Source: a virus. Taken from it: DNA of 64,000 nucleotides. The translations under genes were made by a program, and so were the position numbers. Below are positions 54,960 through 63,451 of the stretch, piece after piece (positions within the stretch are counted from its first letter, which is position 1; every line of letters starts with the position of its first letter). The notes below the pieces were generated by a model. It was not told the origin of the DNA and searched no databases. It saw only the letters and a list, made by a program, of their open reading frames with translations. Location of the stretch: positions 1-64,000 of the IMG/VR virus record IMGVR_UViG_3300035670_000149; one strand, written 5' to 3'.

Positions 54960-55278
54960 TCTGATAACGCATAACTTCAAGCATCTTTTCCATGTTTTGG
55001 AAAATAACGTTCATATCCATGTTATCAGGCATACCCATTAGTTTCGCAGAGTTAATAATATTTTCTTTCATTTGCTTTGCTTCTGGATCATCTGATAGCG
55101 AGAGTCTAGTGTATAAGACTCTTTGCTTTTCTAGAAGTTTCTCTAGCATTGCCACGTGTTCTACTTTTTCTTCCCGTGTCATGGTAGGAAACTGGAACAC
55201 TTTCTGATAAATCTCCTCTTGAAGTTCAGTAATCTCAGTCATTTCTGAACGGACTACTTCTGAGTCAAAGAAACTCAT
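54940..55278 (-). CDS. DUF1825-family cyanobacterial/cyanophage protein
   Basis: MSFFDSEVV..RLSLSDDPEAK. Confidence 0.75.
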   Translation of the reverse strand: MSFFDSEVVRSEMTEITELQEEIYQKVFQFPTMTREEKVEHVAMLEKLLEKQRVLYTRLSLSDDPEAKQMKENIINSAKLMGMPDNMDMNVIFQNMEKMLEVMRYQIDKSSI

Positions 55279-55865
55279 AGAATAACCTCCTTGAGGATTG
55301 TCGTATAACGAGGTACATCGATATTTAGAAAGGGAGAATACTTGTTCATTTTTTGTGATATGAGTTTCCACACAGGATCATTTAGTTTCTTATCAAACGT
55401 TGATTTATATTTGATTATTTTATCAATAATGATTAAAGTTTCGATTGAGATGTTCTTTCGGATAAACTCTTTGACAATTTGTGGATGTCTATTTTCTTCA
55501 ATTTTGAACAGACTATCAAAATCTCTTCCACTGAAGGTTGCTTCAATTTCTCCTCGGAAGATGTACGAGAGTGACTGTGTTCGTTTTTGCCAGTCTCGGT
55601 ATCTTTGTTCTCCATTCTGTATGATATCTACGATATAAAGAGTTTGTGGATCATCACATCCCACGAAATTTGCAATGAAGAAATTTTCAATTTCATTGTC
55701 CGAATGTTGACGAGACATCTTTTCAAAAAAATATCTGTCCTTTCTTTTATAAAATGATTGAAGAGATGCTTTAGATCTACCGCAATACTTCAGATAGTCG
55801 TAACTATCTTTTGTGAAGTGTTGCTTCATTGCAAGATATGTTTTATAGCACTCAAAGGGCATCAT
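55275..55865 (-). CDS. gp59: Helicase loader gp59
   Basis: YKTYLAMKQHFT..YDY..F.KRKDRYFFEK..ISIET. Confidence 0.9.
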   Translation of the reverse strand: MMPFECYKTYLAMKQHFTKDSYDYLKYCGRSKASLQSFYKRKDRYFFEKMSRQHSDNEIENFFIANFVGCDDPQTLYIVDIIQNGEQRYRDWQKRTQSLSYIFRGEIEATFSGRDFDSLFKIEENRHPQIVKEFIRKNISIETLIIIDKIIKYKSTFDKKLNDPVWKLISQKMNKYSPFLNIDVPRYTTILKEVIL

Positions 55866-55920
55866 TCTAAAAAGTAATACGAAGAAATTTTTACCGGAAA
55901 AATTTCCAGGTAAAATAGAA

Positions 55921-56178
55921 TCAAAGAGGCAGTTTTGCTCTGGAACTTCTCTTGAGGAAGTTAAGTTCCATTGCATTATACTTTAGTTTTTCTTTCAATG
56001 GTTTGGAAATAAGTTTAGGAACAGATTCAAGTTCAATATTATTCTGTTCGCAATAAACTACGATCGCATCAATATAGTTTAGGTCACTATTTTCAAGAAC
56101 GATTCTTTCAATTTCTTGTGCAAATTTTGCGGGACCTAAAAACTTTTTATCAAAAGCTTCGTCGAGTTCATTCGGCAT
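55921..56178 (-). CDS. gp33: Late transcription coactivator gp33
   Basis: FAQEIE..NYIDAIV.YCE..LISKPLKEKL..A..LNFL. Confidence 0.92.
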   Translation of the reverse strand: MPNELDEAFDKKFLGPAKFAQEIERIVLENSDLNYIDAIVVYCEQNNIELESVPKLISKPLKEKLKYNAMELNFLKRSSRAKLPL

Positions 56179-56851
56179 TGGTGTGAGATAGATTGTTTGT
56201 GACAAATTCTTTTATGTATCGTACTAATAACTTAATATACTCCTCTTTATTCCGTTTGTCAAATACTTCAACCTCACCACCAGGAGTTACCATCAAAGTG
56301 ATAAGTTTGGTGACAGGAATCTTAGTCAGTTCATAGTACATACAGGCATACGCAGTTTCCTGTACAAAATAATGCTCTAACCACTTTTCTGGTTTGATTT
56401 TATCAGAAGTCTTGAAGTCAATGATTGCTAATTCGCCATCATATTCTGCAATACAATCTACTCTACCTGCAAGTCCCAGGTATTCTGAATAGAGAGTTCT
56501 TTCAATTGCGTGAATATTATTTATCTTATCTAGATATGGTTTGGCATGAAAGAACATGAACTTTGTCAGGGGTTGATAATCATCCCAGTTCAATTCCTTG
56601 TTTTCTAGATACGCCTGTGCAGCTTCATGGAAATCTGTACCACGTGAGGTTGCTTTCTTCGTAATTCGATTCGCTTCTTCCTCTCCAACTCGCTTTCTCC
56701 ACTCAACAAAAATTTGGCGGTTATAGAAAGAAGTGACAGAAGTAATAGAGGGAACCCACTCTCCATTTGGTAACTGGTAGAGTCGGCACCCTGGCGTTTC
56801 CTTTTTATCAAGTTCAAGTTCACCGAGATAATTATGATGAATAAAGTTCAT
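56168..56851 (-). CDS. PD-(D/E)xK exonuclease
   Basis: PSITSV, RGTDFH, AGRVDCIAEYDG..IIDFKTS. Confidence 0.88.
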   Translation of the reverse strand: MNFIHHNYLGELELDKKETPGCRLYQLPNGEWVPSITSVTSFYNRQIFVEWRKRVGEEEANRITKKATSRGTDFHEAAQAYLENKELNWDDYQPLTKFMFFHAKPYLDKINNIHAIERTLYSEYLGLAGRVDCIAEYDGELAIIDFKTSDKIKPEKWLEHYFVQETAYACMYYELTKIPVTKLITLMVTPGGEVEVFDKRNKEEYIKLLVRYIKEFVTNNLSHTNAE

Positions 56852-57603
56852 ACTAAACCAATTGCGTTCTTTGCTAGGATGTATTCCTTGACTAGACCAG
56901 AACGAACAATATCTTCTACTCCAAATTCAATTAGAGAGAAAGATTCCATCTTTGCAAGAATGCGTGTGAAATCTGAGATACCATTTCTTTCAAAAGTTTT
57001 TGTCAAGTCAGATTGAACACCATCACCACAAAACATAATCTTAGAATTTTCACCAACACGGGTAATGATTGAATCAAGTTCATGGAAGTTTAGATTCTGA
57101 CACTCATCAACAATGATGATCGCATTATCAAGTGTGGTTCCACGAATGAATGATGTGCTCCAGAAACTAATTGTTCCTTGAGTTTTAAGATTACCATACA
57201 GCATTTCAAATTCTGATTCTGTTGGTAACTCAAACATATATTTTACCATATTTTTGTATGGAATTTGGTAAAGAGAAGACTTGTCTTCATGATCACCAGG
57301 AAGAAAACCAATTTCCCGAGTAGCAACAAGAGACCTAACGATATAGATCTTTTCGTAAGGAGACCTTTCATCTAGTACATCCTTGAGTGCTTTGTAGAGT
57401 GCGATGAATGTTTTACCAGTTCCAGCACAACCATATGCAAAAAGATGTTTACCCTCATCATAAGATTGAAAGAATCTTCTTTGATTATCTGTAAGAGGAT
57501 CAATGTCAACTAAGATGTCAGCATTAATTGGTTTCTTACGACGGAGTTGCTTTGCAGTGTAACCAACTCCAATTGGATCTTCGGTTTTTCTTCTTCTTGC
57601 CAT
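56848..57603 (-). CDS. phoH: PhoH-family ATPase
   Basis: GCAGTGKT, IGFLPG, FIRGTT, DECQN, GDGVQSD, IVRSGLV. Confidence 0.95.
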   Translation of the reverse strand: MARRRKTEDPIGVGYTAKQLRRKKPINADILVDIDPLTDNQRRFFQSYDEGKHLFAYGCAGTGKTFIALYKALKDVLDERSPYEKIYIVRSLVATREIGFLPGDHEDKSSLYQIPYKNMVKYMFELPTESEFEMLYGNLKTQGTISFWSTSFIRGTTLDNAIIIVDECQNLNFHELDSIITRVGENSKIMFCGDGVQSDLTKTFERNGISDFTRILAKMESFSLIEFGVEDIVRSGLVKEYILAKNAIGLV

Positions 57604-57606
57604 GAG

Positions 57607-57858
57607 TTAGATCTTGAATTTTTGAGTTGCAGAAGGGGCTTTCTGTGCTCTTTCAAGCACTTCATTCCAACCAGGTTTAGACCTGACGAGTTTATCTTTC
57701 CACTCGCCAACTTCTCCGCTACCAGGACATGTGGAAGGATCAGACCAGTCTCTTTCCCATTCTGGATTGTCTTTTTTCCACTGGTCCCAGTCGTGAACAC
57801 TGAGCATCACTTCTTTTTGCTCACCAGTTTCTTTGTTGATAACAGGATAAATTGCCAT
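57607..57858 (-). CDS. Conserved cyanophage hypothetical protein upstream of phoH
   Basis: MAIYPVINKETGE..GWNEVL. Confidence 0.7.
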   Translation of the reverse strand: MAIYPVINKETGEQKEVMLSVHDWDQWKKDNPEWERDWSDPSTCPGSGEVGEWKDKLVRSKPGWNEVLERAQKAPSATQKFKI

Positions 57859-57884
57859 AACGTTACATAATGTAAGAATATTTA

Positions 57885-58412
57885 TTATAGAAAATTGAAG
57901 TTAATATTATATCTTGCCATGACATTTGTTGTGGTAGATGAGTTATGAAATTCACTTCCATCGAAGAAAAAAATTCTATTCTCCACACTATCAATCTTTG
58001 TTCCATCACTCATTCTAGTAAATCCATCACAAGTGTTGAGAGAATATAATGCAGCATAGTGTTTGAAAGAATAGTCATCATGCTGAGAGTGTTCTCTAAT
58101 GACATCAGTATGGGGATATAAATTTGCTTTGATTCTCATTAAAGATTTATAAATTCCCATCTCTTGAAATTTGGGAATGAATATTTCAACTATCCTAGGA
58201 CAGTAATTGCTTTCTGGTTTGTCATAATTATAAAAACTGTGTGTTGCATACCAGTTCCAAAGTTCATTTGTTTTTTCATCAACTTGAAATCTTGGATCAT
58301 GAGAAACATAGCTTTGAAAATAGAAAGGAAAAGTTGCATTAAAAACTATGTTTCCTTTTAGTTCTTCAAATTCTTCCTTTGGTAGGAAGTTGTCAATAAT
58401 TTTTATATCCAT
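57885..58412 (-). CDS. 2OG-Fe(II) oxygenase
   Basis: IIDNFL, RIKANL, HDD, LNTCDGFT, FDGSEFH, RYNINFN. Confidence 0.82.
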   Translation of the reverse strand: MDIKIIDNFLPKEEFEELKGNIVFNATFPFYFQSYVSHDPRFQVDEKTNELWNWYATHSFYNYDKPESNYCPRIVEIFIPKFQEMGIYKSLMRIKANLYPHTDVIREHSQHDDYSFKHYAALYSLNTCDGFTRMSDGTKIDSVENRIFFFDGSEFHNSSTTTNVMARYNINFNFL

Positions 58413-59047
58413 TCTAATGCTTTAGCGACCGTAGGATACTGCTCAGCAAAGACCTTCTTACAGTCTTCTGCAATCTCCATATGCTCCTTCTGTGTGCCGT
58501 TAGAAGACCGTAGAGAGATGTAATGGATCCATGACCTGCAAGAACCGGTCATGTAGATTCTAGTGGGCGTAGCAAGCGGCAGAACGAACCTTGCACACTC
58601 CTTAGCAACTCCTGCTTCAAGCATATCTTCATACAGATCTACGGCATGATCAAATTGAAGTTTGATACGCTTACGAAATACTTCTGCAATTTCTTTTGGA
58701 AGATCATCAATACTGTTCTGACGATTCTTTACATCCTGTCTACGAAGTTCAGGAAGAGGAATCTTTCCTAGTTCAGTGCTATCGGCATATCGTTGCGAAA
58801 ATTCCTGGAATGTGAAAGAACGATGCCTCAAAATCTGAGCAGCAATTGCACGACTGGTTTCAATCTGTAGCGTCATATATGCTTGTTCAAATACAGACCA
58901 ATGCTGATGCTTGATGCAGTATTTTAACAAACCTTCAAAACTTTCATTGTCTTGATTTTTTGGATTGCTTACACGTGCAATGTAAGCCATGTTCTGTTCA
59001 GGATTCGGTGTTGCTTGAATCAGTTTTACTTTCATTTTCTTAGTCAT
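58403..59047 (-). CDS. thyX: Flavin-dependent thymidylate synthase
   Basis: HWSVFE, QILRHRSFTFQEFSQRY, ECARFVLP, TQKEH. Confidence 0.96.
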   Translation of the reverse strand: MTKKMKVKLIQATPNPEQNMAYIARVSNPKNQDNESFEGLLKYCIKHQHWSVFEQAYMTLQIETSRAIAAQILRHRSFTFQEFSQRYADSTELGKIPLPELRRQDVKNRQNSIDDLPKEIAEVFRKRIKLQFDHAVDLYEDMLEAGVAKECARFVLPLATPTRIYMTGSCRSWIHYISLRSSNGTQKEHMEIAEDCKKVFAEQYPTVAKALEWI

Positions 59048-59214
59048 TAATCTGGATAACCATCATCATCTTCAAACACTTCATCATAATCGCTGATGAA
59101 ATTGCTTTGTACATTTTCTATGTATCTATTTGCATCCGAATAAACTTCAGACTTCAATGACTCTACAAGTAGTTCTAGGTTTCTTACTATGAGCTTTAAT
59201 CTTTCTTGATCCAT
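59047..59214 (-). CDS. Conserved cyanophage hypothetical protein
   Basis: MDQERLKLIVRNLELLVESLKSEVYSD. Confidence 0.7.
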   Translation of the reverse strand: MDQERLKLIVRNLELLVESLKSEVYSDANRYIENVQSNFISDYDEVFEDDDGYPD

Positions 59215-59237
59215 TCTTATGTTCGCTGACAAAGCTA

Positions 59238-59275
59238 ATTTTACACAAAAAAAGAGGGTCTGTCAAGACCCTCTT
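59238..59275 (-). terminator. Terminator hairpin with embedded sigma70 promoter
   Basis: AAGAGGGTC-TTGACA-GACCCTCTT-TTTTT..TG-TAAAAT, 17 nt spacer. Confidence 0.7.
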
Positions 59276-59282
59276 CATTCAA

Positions 59283-59369
59283 TTATCCAAGAGTTGCAAT
59301 GTAGTATTGTGCTTCTTGGAGTCTTTTCTGTTTTTGAATTTGTTTACGAATTACATTCAACCAATTCAT
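59283..59369 (-). CDS. 28-aa basic peptide coupled to the DUF4278-like gene (not in ORF track)
   Basis: MNWLNVIRKQIQKQKRLQEAQYYIATLG; AAGGAGG RBS, ATGA overlap. Confidence 0.6.
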   Translation of the reverse strand: MNWLNVIRKQIQKQKRLQEAQYYIATLG

Positions 59370-59503
59370 TTTGTTGCCTCCTTTACAAACTTAACTCCAC
59401 GATATGTTTCGTTGTATGCTTGAGGTTGTTGCTGTTGTTGTGCCTGTGCTTGGCGACGAACTTCGGTGTCATATGGGACACCACGATATACTACTTGTGA
59501 CAT
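59366..59503 (-). CDS. DUF4278-like (YRG-motif) small protein (not in ORF track)
   Basis: MSQVVYRGVPYD...TYRGVKF, 45 aa; AAGGAG RBS. Confidence 0.75.
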   Translation of the reverse strand: MSQVVYRGVPYDTEVRRQAQAQQQQQPQAYNETYRGVKFVKEATK

Positions 59504-59533
59504 TAGGTTTTCTCCTTAGTTGTTTAGGTTAAA

Positions 59534-59632
59534 GAGCGTTCCTTCAGTCGGCGTTTGCGTTCGCTATTTGCAAATAGCGAATGAACGATCCGTTCCGCGT
59601 CGGCTTACTTCCGTTCCCATTGGGAATGAACG
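59534..59632 (-). ncRNA. Tandem glutamine-riboswitch-like RNA (glnA motif type)
   Basis: CGTTCA-hairpin-CGGAAGTAAG..GGAACG then ATCGTTCA-hairpin-CGCA..GAAGGAACGC, leader of a YRG-peptide gene. Confidence 0.72.
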
Positions 59633-59639
59633 TAAGATC

Positions 59640-59691
59640 ATTATAGATCTTATGCATTATCTAGTCAAGTAAGTTTGTAAAATGTGATACA
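59640..59691 (-). promoter_or_regulatory. sigma70 promoter with upstream NtcA-like box
   Basis: TTGACT-17-TATAAT (59668-59640); TGTA-N8-TACA at 59676-59691. Confidence 0.62.
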
Positions 59692-59702
59692 GTTTTTATA
59701 CT

Positions 59703-59882
59703 TTATTCAGAATCTCCGTATTTATTCAGAAGATTTTTTACTTTCGTTTCAGTTCCATCCATGGTCATTACCTGAAACAAATTTGATTTCATATATTTTT
59801 TAATCTGCTTATACTCTTTTACAACATCATTGATACCATCAAGATCCAAAGTTACCTTTGGTTTGCTACTAAACCCTGCCAT
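59703..59882 (-). CDS. Hypothetical protein (59 aa, not in ORF track)
   Basis: MAGFSSKPKV...YGDSE; TAATG overlap with upstream gene. Confidence 0.55.
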   Translation of the reverse strand: MAGFSSKPKVTLDLDGINDVVKEYKQIKKYMKSNLFQVMTMDGTETKVKNLLNKYGDSE

Positions 59883-60145
59883 TACTTTTTACCTTTCTTT
59901 TTTTCTGGAGGTACATAACCCCATAGTTTGGGATTCTTTCTTCCTTCTGTCTGCTTATACCACTTGAGACCTTCTCTATATCGGTCCCAATAGTGATCAA
60001 ATATATCTACCTTCTTATCTGTAATAACAATGTCATATGCAATTGCTCCGTCTATTTCATACTGAACAAGATAGGCCGTATATGGTAACGACCTATCATT
60101 TGCAAGTTCTGGATCGCAATTTTGGTGAATGACTTTGATACTCAA
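59882..60145 (-). CDS. Conserved cyanophage hypothetical protein
   Basis: CDP..LPYTAYLV.Y..IFDHYWD..NPKLWG. Confidence 0.7.
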   Translation of the reverse strand: MSIKVIHQNCDPELANDRSLPYTAYLVQYEIDGAIAYDIVITDKKVDIFDHYWDRYREGLKWYKQTEGRKNPKLWGYVPPEKKKGKK

Positions 60146-60681
60146 GATCTACCACCCCATTTGATGTCAGGATATGCCTCCTCAATCAGACTGCGGTTGA
60201 TGTTGTATTTGTCAATAAGACGTTTGTCCTTTACAAGAACAAGCAGGTCTGCCTCTTCTGGATGAAGACCTTCTAGAATTTGAATAAAGATAGTTTCTCG
60301 TCTTGTTTTAGACAGAGTATCATTACCACCCTTCACGAAGTTATAGAAACTTCTTTGTTCAGAGCGTAAAGAAGTATGTTCAGTGCCTTTGGGTGCCTCA
60401 TTTGGTTTGTAAGGAACCGTTCCTTCAGGGAGCACAGAGATGACACTCTCATCAAAATTCCAAATGAGAAGTGAAACGAGAGCATCGTTTCTATACTGCC
60501 TCAGAAGTTCAACTTTCTTTTGGCGAGTTCTAGCTTTAGAAACTAAGTCTAGAATTTCACTTTGGAATGGATTGGGAGGAAGATTTGTAGATGTCACTTC
60601 CTCCACAACCTCTTTTGGTTTTGTGGTCTTGGTTGACCTTGGTCTAGTCGTCGTCTTCGCTGTCGTAGTAGTCTTCTGCAT
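60142..60681 (-). CDS. Conserved T4-like phage hypothetical protein
   Basis: LLIWNFD..LPEG.VPY..RRETIFIQILEGLHPEEA. Confidence 0.75.
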   Translation of the reverse strand: MQKTTTTAKTTTRPRSTKTTKPKEVVEEVTSTNLPPNPFQSEILDLVSKARTRQKKVELLRQYRNDALVSLLIWNFDESVISVLPEGTVPYKPNEAPKGTEHTSLRSEQRSFYNFVKGGNDTLSKTRRETIFIQILEGLHPEEADLLVLVKDKRLIDKYNINRSLIEEAYPDIKWGGRS

Positions 60682-60880
60682 TTTCAAATCTCAAGGCAAA
60701 AATTTGGTCTGGAATTACATTCCCATTTTCATCTAGGAACTCAGGATGTAAGTTTAGTGTATCTGGATGATGAGGAGTTGTTTTGATAACGTGCTCTTTT
60801 GCCAACCATCCAATAACGATACCGACAAATAAGAACATTATACTAACTAATGTGCCTATTGTCAAAGTAACTGCTAACAT
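60644..60880 (-). CDS. Hypothetical membrane protein
   Basis: N-terminal TM helix, HPEFLDENG. Confidence 0.65.
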   Translation of the reverse strand: MLAVTLTIGTLVSIMFLFVGIVIGWLAKEHVIKTTPHHPDTLNLHPEFLDENGNVIPDQIFALRFENAEDYYDSEDDD

Positions 60881-60890
60881 CTTCCTACTC

Positions 60891-61100
60891 CTAGTTTGAG
60901 TTTTGTTTCCTTAAGTCAAAGGAAAATTCTAAGAAGATGTGAATCTCTCTTTTCAGGAGAGAAACCATCTTACCAAAACGAATTTGGAATGTTTTTGGTT
61001 TCCTCCCCTGTTTGTTTTTATTTCGGAGCATCAGCTCCACACCTTTATTTATTTCCAGATCAGGATTTCTTTTTCCTCCCTGGTTTCTTGTCTCGCTCAT
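60891..61100 (-). CDS. Hypothetical protein
   Basis: INKGVELMLR motif; start uncertain. Confidence 0.5.
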   Translation of the reverse strand: MSETRNQGGKRNPDLEINKGVELMLRNKNKQGRKPKTFQIRFGKMVSLLKREIHIFLEFSFDLRKQNSN

Positions 61101-61404
61101 AACGCCAGGCATCCTCCAATATTCCGTACAAATAGTTTCTTATCTTACGAGCACGTGGTTTTGGTATGTGTCCATATGCTTCTCGTAATTGTTTGTGAAC
61201 ATTGTCTGCCCCGCCTTTTAGATACTCATCAAGATCTTCAACTAAATTGCTAATCTCTAGAGCAACAGAGCTTTGAATAAACTGTGTCACTTGATGCTTT
61301 GTCATTTTAGATGACTTGGCATATTCATACATGTTGAGAACATATCTGTCCTTTGTAAATGCATAATCAATTGCGGTCTCAACAACGTAGAGAAGATCTT
61401 CCAT
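61060..61404 (-). CDS. Conserved cyanophage hypothetical protein
   Basis: YLKGG..QLREAYGHIPKPRARKI. Confidence 0.7.
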   Translation of the reverse strand: MEDLLYVVETAIDYAFTKDRYVLNMYEYAKSSKMTKHQVTQFIQSSVALEISNLVEDLDEYLKGGADNVHKQLREAYGHIPKPRARKIRNYLYGILEDAWRYERDKKPGRKKKS

Positions 61405-61646
61405 TATTGCGGTAAGTGTTTTTGTTCTTTTAGAAACTTAATTGTATCAGAACAACCACCTATATGAGTATTTCCAAAAGTGATTTGAGGAAAAGTGGCT
61501 CCTACACCATACTCATCATAAAATGCCTGACGTGTGAAGTCTCTGTCTAATTTATAAATGACGTAAGGAACTTCAGCAAACTGTAAAAGTTGTTCAATTT
61601 TTTGACAATAAGGACAATTGTCTTTTGAATAAACAGTAAAGGACAT
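61404..61646 (-). CDS. nrdC: Glutaredoxin
   Basis: CPYC, TFPQI, IGGC. Confidence 0.9.
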   Translation of the reverse strand: MSFTVYSKDNCPYCQKIEQLLQFAEVPYVIYKLDRDFTRQAFYDEYGVGATFPQITFGNTHIGGCSDTIKFLKEQKHLPQ

Positions 61647-61679
61647 AATTGTGAGTTTTCTTTTATTTAATATTTTTTA

Positions 61680-61937
61680 TTATTCTGTACAATCTCCCGT
61701 TCTTGTTCTCCAAGAAATCAAAAAGAAATCAATTACGTTTTCCTTGCAACTCTTTTTTGATGAGTTCACATCACCAGGCATGATTACCGTTGGTGGAACA
61801 ACAACAGGAGATGAATTTCCTCCAGGAGAATAAAAAGAAGGAGGATTATATTGTGCTTGAGGGTAGTTGCCATATGCAAATGCTGGAGCATTCATAGCAA
61901 CTAAAGATCCAAAAGTAATAAGTAAACGGACAATCAT
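61680..61937 (-). CDS. Hypothetical secreted/membrane protein
   Basis: Signal-like N-terminus (APAFA); TTGACA-17-TAACCT promoter at 61962-61990. Confidence 0.6.
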   Translation of the reverse strand: MIVRLLITFGSLVAMNAPAFAYGNYPQAQYNPPSFYSPGGNSSPVVVPPTVIMPGDVNSSKKSCKENVIDFFLISWRTRTGDCTE

Positions 61938-61986
61938 AACAAAATCAGTATGAACATTTGCAGGTTAGCACGGATTGAATACCATG

Positions 61987-62094
61987 TCAAGATTTTTTAG
62001 GTTCTTTTTTATTTGATTTATTTGGTCTATAAATTTGAGGCCAAGTGTCTCTAATAATCTGTGCTAGTTTATATGGAGTTTCTGAACTAATCAT
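61987..62094 (-). CDS. Small hypothetical protein (35 aa, not in ORF track)
   Basis: MISSETPYKLAQIIRDTWPQIYRP. Confidence 0.45.
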   Translation of the reverse strand: MISSETPYKLAQIIRDTWPQIYRPNKSNKKEPKKS

Positions 62095-62118
62095 TAAAAA
62101 AGGAGGGTTTCCCCTCCC
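62095..62118 (-). terminator. Intrinsic terminator after psbA
   Basis: GGAGGG-GAAA-CCCTCC-TTTTTT. Confidence 0.75.
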
Positions 62119-62143
62119 ATTTTATCAAGGTATACCTTGAGTG

Positions 62144-63223
62144 TCAACCGATTGCAGGTGCTACTAGTGCCACAGGAGTGATATCAGCAGCAGCAAGGTC
62201 AAGAGGGAAGTTATGGGCATTGCGCTCATGCATTACCTCAAAACCAAGATTGGCACGGTTCAGAATATCAGCCCAAGTGTTGATCACACGACCGTTGTTG
62301 TCAAGCAGCGACTGGTTGAAGTTGAAACCGTTGAGGTTGAATGCCATGGTGCTAACACCAAGAGCAGCAAACCAGATACCAACTACAGGCCATGCAGCGA
62401 GGAAGAAGTGAAGTGAACGAGAGTTGTTGAACGATGCGTATTGGAAGATCAAACGACCAAAGTAACCGTGTGCAGCAACAATGTTATACGTCTCTTCTTC
62501 TTGACCAAACTTGTAACCGTAGTTCTGACTTACTTCTTCAGTTGTCTCACGGATGAGCGAAGAAGTGACCAGAGATCCATGCATAGCAGAGAAAAGAGCA
62601 CCACCAAATACACCAGCCACCCCAAGCATATGGAAGGGGTGCATGAGGATATTATGCTCCGCCTGGAAAACAAGCATGTAGTTAAATGTTCCTGAAATGC
62701 CAAGAGGCATACCATCAGAGAAGGAACCTTGTCCAAAGGGATAGACGAGGAACACTGCAGTAGCAGCAGCAACGGGTGCGCTGTAGGCAACAAAAATCCA
62801 AGGACGCATACCAAGTCGGTAAGAAAGTTCCCACTCACGACCCATATAAGAGAAGACACCAATCAGGAAGTGAAATACTACCAGCTGGTAAGGACCACCA
62901 TTATATAGCCACTCGTCTAGTGAATTTGCTTCCCAGATGGGATAAAAGTGCAGTCCAATAGCATTGGATGAAGGAACAACAGCACCAGAAATGATGTTGT
63001 TTCCGTACATGAGAGAACCAGAAACAGGTTCACGAATACCATCAATGTCCACCGGAGGTGCGGCAATGAAGGCGACGATGAAACATACGGTTGCAGCGAG
63101 CAGCGTAGGAATCATCAGAGTTCCGAACCAACCAACATAAAGGCGGTTGTTCGTTGAAGTAACCCACTGGCAAAACTGTTCCCAGGAGTTAGTAGATTGT
63201 CTTTGAGCAATAGTAGCAGTCAT
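62144..63223 (-). CDS. psbA: Photosystem II D1 protein
   Basis: Full-length D1 ([22 protein letters not shown]), start MTAT at 63223, no intron. Confidence 0.99.
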   Translation of the reverse strand: MTATIAQRQSTNSWEQFCQWVTSTNNRLYVGWFGTLMIPTLLAATVCFIVAFIAAPPVDIDGIREPVSGSLMYGNNIISGAVVPSSNAIGLHFYPIWEANSLDEWLYNGGPYQLVVFHFLIGVFSYMGREWELSYRLGMRPWIFVAYSAPVAAATAVFLVYPFGQGSFSDGMPLGISGTFNYMLVFQAEHNILMHPFHMLGVAGVFGGALFSAMHGSLVTSSLIRETTEEVSQNYGYKFGQEEETYNIVAAHGYFGRLIFQYASFNNSRSLHFFLAAWPVVGIWFAALGVSTMAFNLNGFNFNQSLLDNNGRVINTWADILNRANLGFEVMHERNAHNFPLDLAAADITPVALVAPAIG

Positions 63224-63227
63224 TTGA

Positions 63228-63340
63228 AAAGGGTAGGTATGATCCAGGGGGTATCTGGATGTTACGGTATTCCCCACACTACCCTCCAGTGTGGGCATGA
63301 GAGACTGTGTTTAACCTCCCCATAGGTCTCGGTTAGGAAG
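63228..63340 (-). ncRNA. Structured psbA 5' leader (PhotoRC-II-like motif)
   Basis: Hairpins GAGAC/GTCTC, CCCACACT/AGTGTGGG, ATCCAG/CTGGAT directly upstream of psbA. Confidence 0.6.
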
Positions 63341-63381
63341 AGGAATCAGAAACGTTACGATTTGTTACGTTTCTTAATGTG

Positions 63382-63425
63382 TATTTATCATAACATAAAA
63401 AAATCCCCCTGTCAAGAGGGGGATG
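63382..63425 (-). promoter_or_regulatory. Composite psbA promoter (sigma70 plus late) overlapping terminator
   Basis: TTGACA-17-TATGAT overlapping GATAAATA; CCCCCT/AGGGGG hairpin with T-tract. Confidence 0.7.
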
Positions 63426-63451
63426 GGCAATTTAGAAATTGGTTCAAGACT

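Noticed and set aside
56168-56851. Cas4-like nuclease implying a CRISPR system
   Set aside because: Standard T4-like cyanophage exonuclease in its usual phoH-gp33 context; no cas genes or array
62144-63298. Intron or N-terminal extension in psbA
   Set aside because: D1 is uninterrupted; the extra 25 codons in the ORF track correspond to the structured 5' leader
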